This document shows, piece by piece, positions 62,692 through 64,000 of a DNA stretch of 64,000 bases. The stretch's first letter is position 1, and every line of letters begins with the position of its first letter. The position numbers were made by a program, and so were the translations under genes. This DNA comes from Chiloscyllium plagiosum (lineage: Eukaryota), in assembly GCF_004010195.1 (NCBI RefSeq), contig NC_057754.1:217012-281011 (forward strand), given 5' to 3'. Under the pieces are notes generated by a model, which searched no databases, had not been told where the DNA came from, and saw only the letters and a program-made list of their open reading frames with translations.

Positions 62692-63533
62692 ATACTGAAA
62701 AGAGATAGAGATCCTGCCTCCTGTTCCTACAGGCTTCCACAAATGGAAGCATCTTTTTCACACCTACCCTGCCAAACCTCTTAAGAATCTTGCATATTTC
62801 AACAAGGTCTCCTCTCATTCTTCAAAGCTTCTAAAATGAGTACCCAACTCAACCTCCGCTCATAAGAAAATCCCTCCATGCCCTCCAACTTGGTGAACCT
62901 TCTCTGGACTGACTGCAATGTCACTACACTTTTCCTTAGATAAGGGGTCCAAATGTCCACAATATGCCTTGCATAGCTTTAGCAAAACCTCCTTATTTTT
63001 GTCTTCCTTCAGTTTTTTTGTCTCTATTTTTATATTCCATACCCTCTGAAATAAAGTCCAACAGTCCATTTGCCTTCCTTATTACCCAATGAACTAGAAT
63101 ATTAACTTTTTGTGATGATGCAAAACCTCAGATTCCCACATTATATTCTATCTGCCAAGTTTCTGCCAGCACACTTAACCTATCCATATCCCTATGCAGA
63201 CGATGTCATCCTCTCTACTTGCCTTCACACCTATTTTTGTGACACGTATCTCAGTCTTTTGCACATTACCCATCCAAGTCATTAATATATACTGTACATA
63301 ATCGTGGCCCTGAGCATGCTCCCTGTGGCATTCTAATAGTTACAGGCTGCCATGCTACTGACACCACCTTTATTCCAACTCTGTCTTCTATTACCTTCAC
63401 TCTAATAGCTAGCAAGTTGTCTATCCATTCTGACTATACTATGTTCTCTTACCTTATGAAGTGGTCCCTTATCAAAGGTTTTTTAGAAATGCAAATATAT
63501 TCTACTGTGTCCTCTTTATCTATCCTACTTGTT

Positions 63534-63736
63534 GGGAGAAAGTGAGGATTGCAGACGCTGGAGATCAGAGTCAAAAAGTGTGGTGCTGGAAAAGCACAGT
63601 TGGTCAGGCAGCACCTGAGGAGGAGAGTCGACGTTGAGCATAATGCCCCTGAACAGCTCCTACTCAAAACATCGGCTCTCCTGCTCTTCGGATGCTGTTT
63701 GACTGGCTGTGCTTTTCCAGCACCACACTTTTTGAC
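63534..63736. mobile_element. Fold-back Penelope-derived insert with a 15-bp TSD
   Basis: TSD tctatcctacttgtt / tctatcctatttgtt at 63519-63533 and 63737-63751. Inverted arms gagtcaaaaagtgtggtgctggaaaagcacag...ctgtgcttttccagcaccacactttttgactc. Confidence 0.8.
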
Positions 63737-64000
63737 TCTATCCTATTTGTTACCAACTTAAAGAATTCTAATAAACTTGTCAGGCACTATTTCCTCTTCA
63801 TGAAGCCACGTAGACAATACTCAATTACATTATGCATTTCTAAATGCTCTGCTATTACATCAGTTATAACAGATTAACGTTTCAGACCTTATGCTAACTG
63901 GCCCATAGTGACTTTTTTTATTTTGTCTCTTTTTTTTTGAAGTGAGTGACATTGACAACTTTCCAACTATCTGGGGCTTGATGACCACCAGTGCATTCAT

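Larger units (their letters stand above)
62200..63960 (-). mobile_element. Old CR1 LINE, fragmented by a SINE and a Penelope insert
   Basis: MNLWNSLLQRGVE...LKAEIDRFL and KEVLLKL; decayed RT region at 63230-63830. Confidence 0.7.

Noticed and set aside
43900..64000. Search for MARK2 exon 1 (MSxRTPLPTxNERD-like)
   Set aside because: No matching minus-strand sequence with a donor site was found; it is probably beyond the window.

Overview
This is eukaryotic, repeat-dense intronic DNA. The repeat repertoire (HE1/V-SINE-type SINEs with (TCTAA)n tails, HER1/CR1 LINEs, Penelope-like elements, a 33-bp minisatellite) points to a shark; this is an inference. The only intact host coding sequence found is three minus-strand exons of a MARK/PAR-1 kinase, most likely MARK2 (43628-43822, 39172-39225, 6979-7027), all with AG/GT boundaries and a continuous frame. 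Exon 1 and exon 5 onward were not found. The introns hold CR1, L2-like and Rex1/Babar LINE fragments, a decayed two-LTR Gypsy element, Penelope-like (GIY-YIG) fragments, SINEs, several minisatellites and two N gaps. Four things are less ordinary. (1) Short Penelope-derived inserts carry minimal hammerhead-ribozyme cores and 11-16 bp TSDs; some fold back on themselves, and several start at the predicted GUC cleavage site. (2) A ZDHHC16-like pseudogene fragment (DHHC to DHHF), absent from the ORF track, sits inside a nested TE stack. (3) A full-length initiator tRNA-Met pseudogene has lost all five CpGs. (4) A ~175 bp near-perfect inverted duplication lies upstream of exon 2. No prokaryotic system such as CRISPR is supported, and I cannot claim a wholly new system. 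Family names come from recalled consensus sequences, not database searches, and repeat boundaries are approximate.
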